Below, one piece after another: positions 1 through 8,981 of a DNA stretch of 64,000 nucleotides. The notes under the pieces are model-generated. The model made no database searches. It saw nothing but the letters and a program-made list of their open reading frames with translations, and was not told the origin of the DNA. The position numbers and the translations under genes are program-made. The stretch comes from an uncultured virus (IMG/VR IMGVR_UViG_2579779031_000002) (Duplodnaviria; Heunggongvirae; Uroviricota; Caudoviricetes): IMG/VR virus record IMGVR_UViG_2579779031_000002, positions 1 to 64,000 of that record; one strand, written 5' to 3'. The number at the start of each line of letters is the position of its first letter. The stretch's first letter is position 1.

Positions 1-771
1 TTATGCTTCAGTAACTCTAATTGCTGTCACTCCGCTTAATAGCGGTAAGGTGTAACGCTTACTTGCTGGTTGAGGAGTATGTCCATACCAACGGAACTCT
101 TGGAAATCTGAATCATTATATAGCGCGTAACACACTTTATTTGATTGGTTACCACCAAGACAAACAAGTTTCCCAGTGGTCTTATCACGTCCTACGACAA
201 AACAAACATGGCCTCCACCTTTACGGGTTTTAATAGCAACACAACCATAAGCAGGTTTTGTTAGTTTTGCACCGCAATTCACGTAATCCAATGCACGGTA
301 CCAATGCTTAGGATAAGCAATACCAGCTGATTTCAAGCAATGAGCAACGAAAGTACCGCACCACGCTGTTTCATCATCCGCCCACCAAGCTTTAAGCTCT
401 TTTAACCATTTCAAAATAGTTGGATTGTGCTGTTTACCTGGTATTTCTTGCAGACCAATATGTTTTTTTGCTTCAGCTATCCAAGCTAATTCGTCAAGCT
501 TTGTCGGTGTAGGAATATTCATTAAAGTGTTGATTCCTACTAACTGGCCCGTTAATTGAGGTCCGTTAATACGCGGCTGAGAAATTTTCTTTCCGATCCA
601 TGACAGGCCCAGCATTAAAGTACCAGTCACAAACGCATGATATTTTTCAGGGATAACTTGATAATCTACCCCCCATTGTAATGCTGGTAGCAGAATAAGC
701 ATGATGAATGCACCTACTGCGGGCAACTTGACTGAAAGGTACTTCCAAGCACTATTTTCAATGAACTTCAT
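1..771 (-). CDS. Putative endolysin: TIGR02594/NlpC-P60-like peptidase with N-terminal two-TM segment
   Basis: DDETAWCGTFV, GGGHVCFV, LGGNQ motifs; hydrophobic aa 12-60; directly after holin. Confidence 0.8.
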   Translation of the reverse strand: MKFIENSAWKYLSVKLPAVGAFIMLILLPALQWGVDYQVIPEKYHAFVTGTLMLGLSWIGKKISQPRINGPQLTGQLVGINTLMNIPTPTKLDELAWIAEAKKHIGLQEIPGKQHNPTILKWLKELKAWWADDETAWCGTFVAHCLKSAGIAYPKHWYRALDYVNCGAKLTKPAYGCVAIKTRKGGGHVCFVVGRDKTTGKLVCLGGNQSNKVCYALYNDSDFQEFRWYGHTPQPASKRYTLPLLSGVTAIRVTEA

Positions 772-1073
772 TCATCGTTCCTCTCTTGTTGATTCATTTG
801 CTCATTTAAAAGAGCCTTGATACGCAGTTCGCTTTCTTGTTCACGTAATTTGCTCACTTTTTCACGAAGTGCACTTTCTTTACGTTCTCTGCGATCACGT
901 CTCCACTGAAAAATGAAACTTATGAATAGGCCAACAACAGCCACAATTGCACCTGTATAGCTCAACCAATTAATTGATGTTAATGAGCCAAAAGCACTTG
1001 CTAGACCACTCCAAAAAGTAGTTTTATTAGCAAAAGTAGTGACTGTGACTTCAATTGCCTGATGATCAGACAT
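768..1073 (-). CDS. Holin (HP1-like)
   Basis: Small, TM helix WLSYTGAIVAVVGLFISFIF, charged tail WRRDRRERKE; 4-nt overlap with lysin. Confidence 0.8.
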   Translation of the reverse strand: MSDHQAIEVTVTTFANKTTFWSGLASAFGSLTSINWLSYTGAIVAVVGLFISFIFQWRRDRRERKESALREKVSKLREQESELRIKALLNEQMNQQERNDE

Positions 1074-1102
1074 GACCTATTCCCCACGTTTCATTTGTGG
1101 TT

Positions 1103-1143
1103 ATTTTTGCAAGCGTTATAGTTTTAAAATGAGTATGGTTCCA
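1103..1143 (-). promoter_or_regulatory. TGGAAC-N29-AAAAAT putative late promoter (lysis)
   Basis: TGGAAC 1143-1138, hexamer 1108-1103, ATG 1073. Confidence 0.8.
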
Positions 1144-1156
1144 AAGAGAAACAATT

Positions 1157-1185
1157 AAAAAAGCCTGAATAATTCAGGCTTTTTT
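1157..1185. terminator. Bidirectional intrinsic terminator
   Basis: AAAAAAGCCTGAAT-A-ATTCAGGCTTTTTT. Confidence 0.85.
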
Positions 1186-1195
1186 AATTTTTTTT

Positions 1196-1489
1196 TTATC
1201 GACTTCTACTTGCTAATACATTCAGACCTTTAATGACTTCCTGCCCAAGCTTTATGAAAGCATTATGCCGTTCGACTTCATTTTCTAAATGTTTTTTGCG
1301 GCTTTCCCATGCAGAAGAATTGAAGTAAATGCTTTCAAAACTCAAAGGCATTTTCAAAGCTTCAGATAAAGGCATTGGACAGTTTGCAGAAATACTATTA
1401 ACAGTCTCAAGCAAAAGATCGGTCCAACTCTTTGATGATTCCTGTAAAGACGGAAGCGGTGCGAAATCGTGCAGGCGCGTCATCTGCAC
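1196..1489 (-). CDS. Small hypothetical protein, start uncertain (ATG 1375 or frameshift extension of upstream gene)
   Basis: ORF overlaps upstream gene end and stops just before terminator. Confidence 0.55.
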   Translation of the reverse strand: MQMTRLHDFAPLPSLQESSKSWTDLLLETVNSISANCPMPLSEALKMPLSFESIYFNSSAWESRKKHLENEVERHNAFIKLGQEVIKGLNVLASRSR

Positions 1490-2102
1490 CTCTTTCGACT
1501 AAAATACCGTGATTATCAACACTTAACCGCAAATGAGTAAACAATTCATTGTTTAAATTATTAAAATCCTGATAACACAAATCGAATTCACTAGCTGGCA
1601 TTTTCTTAATGAAATCTAGCCGCTGTTTAAATTTTTCTTCAAATAATTGAGGATTTGTTCTATCTGGCAATAAAGCTAAATGTTCATGATTTGAATAGCT
1701 CAACTGAAATGCCATCATGCAGGCAATCCATTCAGCGACATTCTTGCAATTTGCCTCTAAGAACTCCGCTTCCATTCCAATAAGCTGTCTAACCGTAACT
1801 CCATTTTGAGTAATTTCTGTATTCCAATTATTTTCTGATTGAAGGAAAACTTTGGACCAGTCTGTATTCACTTCCAACATGGTATTACTTTGTTTTTCAA
1901 GATACTTAAGCAGAAGCAGATACCGTTCCTGAATTGTTAAAAGTAAAGGATCTACACTGTCTAAAGCTGACTTAAGAAAAGCTGTAAGTCTTTTTTCATT
2001 AAAATTTGGTGCAATGATTGAAATTTTAAGAGACTGTTCAAAACTAAGCTCTTGCATTAGAAAGGTATTTTCACCAACTGGCACAGGATCAAATGTAATC
2101 AT
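1407..2102 (-). CDS. Morphogenesis protein, possible tail assembly chaperone
   Basis: TAATG coupling to upstream gene; position in late operon. Confidence 0.55.
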   Translation of the reverse strand: MITFDPVPVGENTFLMQELSFEQSLKISIIAPNFNEKRLTAFLKSALDSVDPLLLTIQERYLLLLKYLEKQSNTMLEVNTDWSKVFLQSENNWNTEITQNGVTVRQLIGMEAEFLEANCKNVAEWIACMMAFQLSYSNHEHLALLPDRTNPQLFEEKFKQRLDFIKKMPASEFDLCYQDFNNLNNELFTHLRLSVDNHGILVERGADDAPARFRTASVFTGIIKELDRSFA

Positions 2103-2914
2103 TAGTTGGCTCCATATAATGAGTAAATGTCTTTTGAGTCCCATGCAGTTCGACTCATTAAACTAATATTGACGGCTAAACTTAACCGGTTACCTTTTTC
2201 ATCAATTGGTGCAACTATTGGTGCTGAAACACTTTCAATAATAAAAGGTTTATAAGTTTTGCCATGTGTAGTAAGAGATACAAAAGGTGGGATAACCCCT
2301 GAAAACAAACCTTCTAAGGTTGTATTTGAATCATTAACGACATTTTGCAGCGTAGAATCAGAGGATAATGATACTGGTAAACTCCAAGCTTCTAATTGCA
2401 TAATCTTGTCTTCAACTTCGGATCTCGCATCACTTAATGCCAAGAAAAAAATTGATAAATTAAGGCGTACTGAAGATGTTGATAGGAATACTTGAGTTGT
2501 ATTCACTTTGGTTAAATTTGTTCGCCCTTCAACGCTCTTAAGCGCAATTTCAGCCGTTGCTAAAGGTCCTGATGCCATATCACTTAATGCTGACATGAAT
2601 GGCGAGTTCTCTCCTAGCGTTGCAGCAGCTTGAAGCATCTGCCCAGTTTGCAAGTTAGCCATCAACATAGGCATCTTTAGTTCTGGATTGCTATTTTCAA
2701 ATGGAGTTTGCCATTGGCTCTCAATACTTTTGTCGCCGTCAGTCAATAAAGCACGAATTACGGGTGATGCTACTGGGTTACCATCTTTATCACAAAGTGA
2801 AAATTCAGCATATTTATGCTTTGAAATTGAGCCATAGAAAGGATCTGATTCAGTACTGGGCAACTTTGTTTTAGCTGTATTGACAGCTGGTGCATAAGCT
2901 AAAGCTTTGGACAT
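2102..2914 (-). CDS. Putative tail/baseplate structural protein
   Basis: 270 aa ORF behind TGGAAC promoter; beta-rich tube-like C-terminus. Confidence 0.55.
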   Translation of the reverse strand: MSKALAYAPAVNTAKTKLPSTESDPFYGSISKHKYAEFSLCDKDGNPVASPVIRALLTDGDKSIESQWQTPFENSNPELKMPMLMANLQTGQMLQAAATLGENSPFMSALSDMASGPLATAEIALKSVEGRTNLTKVNTTQVFLSTSSVRLNLSIFFLALSDARSEVEDKIMQLEAWSLPVSLSSDSTLQNVVNDSNTTLEGLFSGVIPPFVSLTTHGKTYKPFIIESVSAPIVAPIDEKGNRLSLAVNISLMSRTAWDSKDIYSLYGAN

Positions 2915-2943
2915 AAAAAAGCCCTACCATAAAAGATAGGACT

Positions 2944-2984
2944 ATTATTTAGCAATTCACTTTGTTAACGAATTGCTAGTTCCA
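2944..2984 (-). promoter_or_regulatory. TGGAAC-N29-AATAAT putative late promoter with hairpin+T6
   Basis: TGGAAC 2984-2979, hexamer 2949-2944, ATG 2914. Confidence 0.8.
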
Positions 2985-2988
2985 GATA

Positions 2989-3438
2989 TTAAATAATTGA
3001 TGGACTGAAAGACTCTGAAAGTATTTCAAAAGCTTGTTTAGAATTTAAATTACGAATGATCGCTCGTCTGAAAATATCATCTTCAGGAATCGGCGTATAT
3101 ATAAGTTTACCATTTTGAATTGGGAAGTATAATTCAATTAATTTGTCATCAGTATATGATTCAAAACCAGAAATTTTATGAATATCAAAACTTTGAACTA
3201 GCTCCCCATTATAAGTAATATTTAATTGAAAAACACTGATTTTATAACTATGCATATCCTGTCTAAAGGCATTTTTAATCGCTAAAATAGTGCGATCACG
3301 ACTATCATCGGCAACTTGAGTCTCATTTATTAAATGAAATTTCAAATCAATATCGTCTAATGCTACATATGTTTCAGCATTTTCAACCTTATAAAAACCC
3401 GTATTAGCTAATAAATTCTTTAACTCTTCAAATTTCAT
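2989..3438 (-). CDS. AT-rich accessory (moron-like) hypothetical protein
   Basis: 149 aa; very low GC; TTTACA-N18-TATTAT upstream (3506-3477). Confidence 0.7.
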   Translation of the reverse strand: MKFEELKNLLANTGFYKVENAETYVALDDIDLKFHLINETQVADDSRDRTILAIKNAFRQDMHSYKISVFQLNITYNGELVQSFDIHKISGFESYTDDKLIELYFPIQNGKLIYTPIPEDDIFRRAIIRNLNSKQAFEILSESFSPSII

Positions 3439-3512
3439 ATTTTTCCTTTAAATATAATAAATTAATGAATCTTAATATAATAAAGTTATTCTATTTAAAA
3501 TGTAAACAATAC

Positions 3513-3546
3513 AAAAGAGGTATAAGTTTTCTTATACCTCTTTTTT
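3513..3546. terminator. Bidirectional intrinsic terminator after darB-like gene
   Basis: AAAAGAGGTATAAG-tttt-CTTATACCTCTTTT. Confidence 0.85.
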
Positions 3547-3563
3547 AAATATTTAAAAGATTT

Positions 3564-6500
3564 CTAAGCTGCTAGACTAGTGCCATTCTCTTGCTCAAAT
3601 TCATCAATCTTCTTGATGATTTCTGCAGACTTATTATAAGGCATAACAATTTCATCAAACTCATTCACTTCCGAACCCCAGAATTTGAGCATGATATTCT
3701 TGATCTGAGGTTTATCAACGCCGTCACCATTGAAAACATACTTACTACGTTCAGTTCTGACATAAAGTTCGTACTTAGCAAGCTGCTCGTCAATGCGTAG
3801 TTTTCTTGGAGGCATTGCGATATCACGGATTTCAGAAAAGAGGTCTTCCACACTTGAAAGATGTGTAAAGTCTAATTCTCGTGTAATAGGTACATCATTA
3901 GAGCCTGCATGTTTTTCAATAATGATGATTCGAGTTGAAACGGCGGTACCAGCATTTTTAAAGGTCGATTGAGGCAACCAGATTTCAGCTGTCAGAACTG
4001 CACCAGGTGTGCTTTCAATAAACTCGTCAACTTTTGAATCCATTGAACCACGTGGTACCAATGCGACAATACGACCACCATCATAAAGATGACCAAAAGC
4101 TTTCTTGATATGTTGAATTGCCAGCGTTCCAGCATGTCCAAACGGTGGATTCATTACAATCGCATGATACTTATTTAAAGTCTCTAAAGACTCGAATGTA
4201 TCGACAATTACTTTAGCACCTGTATTTGCCATTTGAGCCCGACTAGCTAAAGATTCGGTCGGTTCAATCATTGTCAGCTCTACATCCTGCGGAACAAAAC
4301 GACCAATAGCTCCATCACCAGCACTAGGTTCAAGCACAGAATCGCCTGTGTGCACCCCTGCCCATTCAATCATTTTGAATCCGAGAGGTTCTGGTGTGGC
4401 ATACCATTCCTTACCTTCACGATTATCACGACTTTCAGAACGTTTGCCTTTTGCATAGTAGAATGTTAGAGCTTGATCAAATGGCGTTAGCTTGGCAATA
4501 CGGGCATTTTCTTCATCATACGCTTTACCACCAATCCCATCATTTAGGCTTGGCTCTTCATATTTAGCATCTTCATAAGCCTGAATTAACGCTTCTTTGA
4601 TACTTACTACAGCATCAGCACCTTTTGCAAAGTTATCTACCGTTTCTGCCCGTCCAGCAATCGTGTCTGCAAATGCAGCCCGTTCCCATGCAGTACCAGT
4701 AGTTAAGTATCTCTGAATAGCATTCGATGCTTGTCCAGTTCGATAGATACGCCCTTCTGTCTGTCTTAACTTGGCTGGCTTTGTTGGCTGCCCAATATTA
4801 ATTAGAACTCGCTGATGTTTACCAGTCGTATCATGCAAGCTAATTCCAGTTGAACCAGCATCTGACTGCAGAATAAGAATATCGTGCCCGCTACCATCTG
4901 TATTAAATAACCCTACATTAGATTCACGTTGTTGCTTTGAAATGCGGCCATTAAATAATAGAGCATTTGGAAATGCTTTCTTTAAGGTCTCAACTGGTGA
5001 ATCGTAGTCAAGATTGAGATTCACAAGATCTGGGCGAGTTTCCTTGAATGAATTATATTCAAGCTCAATATCATCCCTTAAATGGCTCTCATATTTTTCG
5101 ATATCAAGCTGACTAATTAAGAAAGGTGCAAAACCACCACCTTCATTATAATCATGGAAAATAACTACTTTACGGCCTAATGCTAAGTGCTTTTTCACCA
5201 TATCAACACAAGCTTCAGCTTTAATAGCTTCTAACAAACGGCGTCTTGCTAAATAATCAAATCGCTTTGCAATAATTTCGTATATATTTTTAAAACGATT
5301 TCCAGTGAATAAACGATCATATTCTTGCATCGATGCATGACGTCCCCAGCCTGTTGTTGGTTTTCCAGTCTGAGCAGCCCATTCTTCAAAAGTTCGTGTT
5401 TTATGTCCTTCGATTTCTTTATAACCATTGCGAAGATAAGTTAAACCTTCATCAATAAGTTCACCAACACGAGAGCCTATTAGAATAAATTTACGATCAT
5501 AGTCAAAATTAACTTCTAAATCGCGTCCAGACATGGCACCAGTGTTTTTAAGATTTTCAGCAAACTGTCTTTCAAGTACACCCGTATCCACCTTGGCCTC
5601 TGGACGGGTCAACTTACCATATCGTTTTCGATATCCAAGATTTCCCATATAAAAGTGCTCTCGAGCCTTACCAAAACCTTCTGCTAAATTACCTTGGTCA
5701 TCAATAGATACAGAAGGTGACATATAATCAAATAAATAGCCCTCCGCCCAATCAAGTGAAAAGTGATAACTAAATGGCGTAGCAGATAAGAAAACAACTT
5801 TGCACTTACTTTTCTGGTGTTTCCAGTTCAGATTCCAGATTTTTCTTTGTTCATTTCTAAGGACCTGCATTTTGTTATAAGCAGTTAGGTATTGTTCAGT
5901 TTCTTTGCCATTTTCATCGAGTTCTTCAGTAGGCATCTGATCTTCAAATTTATTATCAAACCATTCATTAAAACCTCGCAAATGACCTGTTAATGCTCGT
6001 AGCTTGTTTAAGGCTGCAGTTGATTTACCATCAGATGATTGTGAAAGAGTATGGGCTTCATCAATTAAAATAAGATCCCAATGTTTATGAACCAAACTTG
6101 TGTTTTGACCAAAATTAGCAAATGTTGTGACCACTACTGAGTGCTCATCCCCGCCGTTATCTTTAATGCTTTTTAATTTATAAGCCTTTATATGCAAAGG
6201 ACTTGAACTTTTTACAAAGTCATTAGCGATTTTATCGTTTAGGGTAACAATCAAAATATTCTTAAGACCAGCATTAATAAAACGCTTTGCAACACCCAGC
6301 CCAGTAAAGGTTTTGCCTGTACCTGTGCCATTTGTAAAAAGAATACCCTTCTTATTTTCCTCGATTAAGTGCTTTTCCGTTTTAAAAACATCCCCACGCT
6401 GTGCAGGTTGTAGATATGGCAAAGCTTCATCAATATTTGAAGCATCACTCCAAACAGTTTCAACATTATCTGCTTTTAATTGAGCTTCCAGCTTTTCATC

Positions 6501-7394
6501 TATGGCAGCTCTAACTGATTTAGCAGTTTGTACAATTGATCGATCTCTTGCTCGTTTAAGAGATGATCTCTTACCAGATAGTTCACCGCTTCCGCTGCTG
6601 TTAATCCGGTTAGTACTGGTTCTACTATCTCCATCTGAAGATTCATTTCTTGGATTTCGGCCGCCAAGTAAACTTGCATCATCACTTTTTGATAAGCCAG
6701 TACTACTGTTTCTGAGATCCCCAGTTTCTCCATCATTTCTGATTGCTTCTGCAGTCTCGAGTTCATTTTTTCCTGATCCATTTGCAGAAACAATTGGTCC
6801 TCTGGATCTGAAACGAAATTCGCCAACTGATTCCACATCTGAATTGGTATTTGATACATAGGAGAATAACCCTTTTACTAGTTGCTGATCTTCGGAAAGA
6901 AGTGAGTCTGGAATGGCTTTAAGATGTTTTGAACGTACTAAAATTTCACCCTGAGAATAAAAGGCATAAGGGTCATATTCTTTAGCTTTGGTTAATTTGA
7001 TGCCTTTTAGGCCAATAACCTGTAGTGTTTTATTCTTTTTAGTTGTGTAAGGCTTCAGCTCTTTTTCACATGCAAAAAGGGAGACAATAATCTCCAGCTG
7101 ATCAATAACATTTCTCGAACCGTTATTTAGGTGTTCAATAACTGATTCATCAATGTTTTTGATAGCTTCCGCATATAAGACTTCAACTACTTCATCCAAT
7201 TTTGGAAAGTCACTTTCTTGACGTGCAAAGGATAATGCTTGCTTCGCTACAGGCAAGTTAAGTTCTATTTGCTTATGGATGATAAGAAGGAAAAACCGAG
7301 CAATATTGCTCTGAAAATGCATGAAATCAATCATGTAATAAATCGCAACCAATACAGTATCTTTAGTAATTGGTTTGAGCTTAAAATTGGACAT
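3564..7394 (-). CDS. DarB-like SF2 helicase + C-terminal N6-adenine methyltransferase
   Basis: GTGTGKT, LIDEAH, LSATP, QTEGRIYRTGQ helicase motifs; EPSAGDG and NPPF MTase motifs; next to DdrB/DarA-like genes. Confidence 0.85.
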   Translation of the reverse strand: MSNFKLKPITKDTVLVAIYYMIDFMHFQSNIARFFLLIIHKQIELNLPVAKQALSFARQESDFPKLDEVVEVLYAEAIKNIDESVIEHLNNGSRNVIDQLEIIVSLFACEKELKPYTTKKNKTLQVIGLKGIKLTKAKEYDPYAFYSQGEILVRSKHLKAIPDSLLSEDQQLVKGLFSYVSNTNSDVESVGEFRFRSRGPIVSANGSGKNELETAEAIRNDGETGDLRNSSTGLSKSDDASLLGGRNPRNESSDGDSRTSTNRINSSGSGELSGKRSSLKRARDRSIVQTAKSVRAAIDEKLEAQLKADNVETVWSDASNIDEALPYLQPAQRGDVFKTEKHLIEENKKGILFTNGTGTGKTFTGLGVAKRFINAGLKNILIVTLNDKIANDFVKSSSPLHIKAYKLKSIKDNGGDEHSVVVTTFANFGQNTSLVHKHWDLILIDEAHTLSQSSDGKSTAALNKLRALTGHLRGFNEWFDNKFEDQMPTEELDENGKETEQYLTAYNKMQVLRNEQRKIWNLNWKHQKSKCKVVFLSATPFSYHFSLDWAEGYLFDYMSPSVSIDDQGNLAEGFGKAREHFYMGNLGYRKRYGKLTRPEAKVDTGVLERQFAENLKNTGAMSGRDLEVNFDYDRKFILIGSRVGELIDEGLTYLRNGYKEIEGHKTRTFEEWAAQTGKPTTGWGRHASMQEYDRLFTGNRFKNIYEIIAKRFDYLARRRLLEAIKAEACVDMVKKHLALGRKVVIFHDYNEGGGFAPFLISQLDIEKYESHLRDDIELEYNSFKETRPDLVNLNLDYDSPVETLKKAFPNALLFNGRISKQQRESNVGLFNTDGSGHDILILQSDAGSTGISLHDTTGKHQRVLINIGQPTKPAKLRQTEGRIYRTGQASNAIQRYLTTGTAWERAAFADTIAGRAETVDNFAKGADAVVSIKEALIQAYEDAKYEEPSLNDGIGGKAYDEENARIAKLTPFDQALTFYYAKGKRSESRDNREGKEWYATPEPLGFKMIEWAGVHTGDSVLEPSAGDGAIGRFVPQDVELTMIEPTESLASRAQMANTGAKVIVDTFESLETLNKYHAIVMNPPFGHAGTLAIQHIKKAFGHLYDGGRIVALVPRGSMDSKVDEFIESTPGAVLTAEIWLPQSTFKNAGTAVSTRIIIIEKHAGSNDVPITRELDFTHLSSVEDLFSEIRDIAMPPRKLRIDEQLAKYELYVRTERSKYVFNGDGVDKPQIKNIMLKFWGSEVNEFDEIVMPYNKSAEIIKKIDEFEQENGTSLAA
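6500..6859 (-). CDS. Candidate nested out-of-frame gene (119 aa, helical)
   Basis: ATG-started ORF with L/Q/E/M-rich amphipathic sequence spanning the S/G/R-rich linker of the host frame. Confidence 0.45.
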   Translation of the reverse strand: MYQIPIQMWNQLANFVSDPEDQLFLQMDQEKMNSRLQKQSEMMEKLGISETVVLAYQKVMMQVYLAAEIQEMNLQMEIVEPVLTGLTAAEAVNYLVRDHLLNEQEIDQLYKLLNQLELP

Positions 7395-7425
7395 ATATCC
7401 CTCAACATAGGAACTTTATATTCCT

Positions 7426-7466
7426 ATGTTGAATGATCGTAAGTACTTAATTTTCAGTAGGTTCCA
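7426..7466 (-). promoter_or_regulatory. TGGAAC-N29-CAACAT putative late promoter with 12-bp hairpin
   Basis: TGGAAC 7466-7461; inverted repeat 7402-7432; ATG 7394. Confidence 0.8.
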
Positions 7467-7469
7467 GAA

Positions 7470-8981
7470 CTAAATATCTAATCCTTCGAATAGGATGTCA
7501 TTAATTTTGTTTACTTCTGGTTTTTCAATGTCATCACCTTGAGCAACTTTGATTTTCAAAGCACTGTTAAAACGTTCAGCCCCTTCTTTTGTTAACCTAA
7601 TTATCTTAGGGCTACTTGAGCTACTGGACTCAATCAAAGAATCGTACATTTGCACACTAATGAAATCATCACCAAGCACTTGTTGTGCATATTGGATAGC
7701 ATCTTTTACACTTACTGGTTCAGGCTCACCAAACAAACCTACATTGCTGCTATCTAAAGCCTGTTTCTCTGCAAATTCAGCTAATGCTTTAAATAACATA
7801 CTCATTTTTTTTGAACTGCGGCTATTCTTAGCGAGAAATACGGCGAGCTCAGCAACACCTTCTCCTAGATCCTCAAAAAGCCCTTGCTGCTTTACAAACT
7901 CAACAATATCTTGATCATTTTGCTTTGCAGATAAAATGGTGTTTGCTGCATCAATAATTGCATTAGCAACACGTTGATCAATGGCTTGCTCCATTCCATC
8001 AACGATTTGATCCGATATATCTTGAACATTTCCACGACTTATAGCTTGCGCTTCAATAAATTTAGGCGCAGCAACACCAAGCGCATTAAGCATATTTTGA
8101 AGATCTGGTTTTGTATGATCAGCCATCATTTCTAGCAAACGATCATCATTGTAAGCTTTACTAAAAATTGCGGCCTTGATTCTGTTTATCAGTGCTTGTG
8201 TTGGTTTTTTATCTTTCGTGGTGTACTGGGCTGCTTCTGTATCACCTAATTTGGTTAAAAAACCTTGAATAAACTTTTGGTTACTTACTGCTAGTAAATC
8301 ACCGTCTTCACTAGGATTAAATAGAGCAAGTAAATTTTCATCTAATCGCTTTGCATCTGCTTTAGCCCGCTCTGTAGCAGTAAATGACAACTTATCGTCT
8401 TGGTTAGCATCAATCGCAAATTGAGCTCTATCGATCTCAGTATTACGAATCCGTATCAATATTGGCTGTGCAATGGTTTGGATCTGCTCACTGCTAAACC
8501 CAAAGTAGTCGGCTTCATCAATCAACCATTGCTTATACTCATCTGCGGTACCACGCTCATATGCAAGCTTGATTGCCATGGTTCGGCCATTTCCTGATTC
8601 AACTACTAAATCATCGCCAGTTATTGGTGCTCCCGTATCTGCCCGTCCTGAGCGGCCAAGGCTTTCGGGATCTAAATCATTAGCAGTTTTCTGTACCCAT
8701 GCTTGTGATGATTCTCGACTTCGATCTCGTGGCTGCAATTCTTGCGGATAGTTTGGGTTTTCTGCACCTGTCGCCGTATGAGATGCAATGACTTGATCAA
8801 TATCGACTAAAGCAAAGACAGTAGAAATCTTTTCACCTTTGGCTGTTTTCACATTATTAGTTCTACCCTTCAAAAGCCCAGTAAAGGGCGGTTTAGGTTT
8901 TAAAAAACTAATCATTTGATCGATTACAACTAATGGATTATTAGTAATATCTAGGATAGAAATTTGTTTTAATATTGGCAT
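7470..8981 (-). CDS. ddrB: DdrB-like ParB-domain protein
   Basis: NYPQELQPRDR, GAPI, VESGNGR motifs; between DarA- and DarB-like genes. Confidence 0.75.
   Translation of the reverse strand: MPILKQISILDITNNPLVVIDQMISFLKPKPPFTGLLKGRTNNVKTAKGEKISTVFALVDIDQVIASHTATGAENPNYPQELQPRDRSRESSQAWVQKTANDLDPESLGRSGRADTGAPITGDDLVVESGNGRTMAIKLAYERGTADEYKQWLIDEADYFGFSSEQIQTIAQPILIRIRNTEIDRAQFAIDANQDDKLSFTATERAKADAKRLDENLLALFNPSEDGDLLAVSNQKFIQGFLTKLGDTEAAQYTTKDKKPTQALINRIKAAIFSKAYNDDRLLEMMADHTKPDLQNMLNALGVAAPKFIEAQAISRGNVQDISDQIVDGMEQAIDQRVANAIIDAANTILSAKQNDQDIVEFVKQQGLFEDLGEGVAELAVFLAKNSRSSKKMSMLFKALAEFAEKQALDSSNVGLFGEPEPVSVKDAIQYAQQVLGDDFISVQMYDSLIESSSSSSPKIIRLTKEGAERFNSALKIKVAQGDDIEKPEVNKINDILFEGLDI

Noticed and set aside
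6502..6861. Plus-strand 119-aa ORF antisense to darB-like gene
   Set aside because: S/L/P-rich antisense shadow with no expression signals
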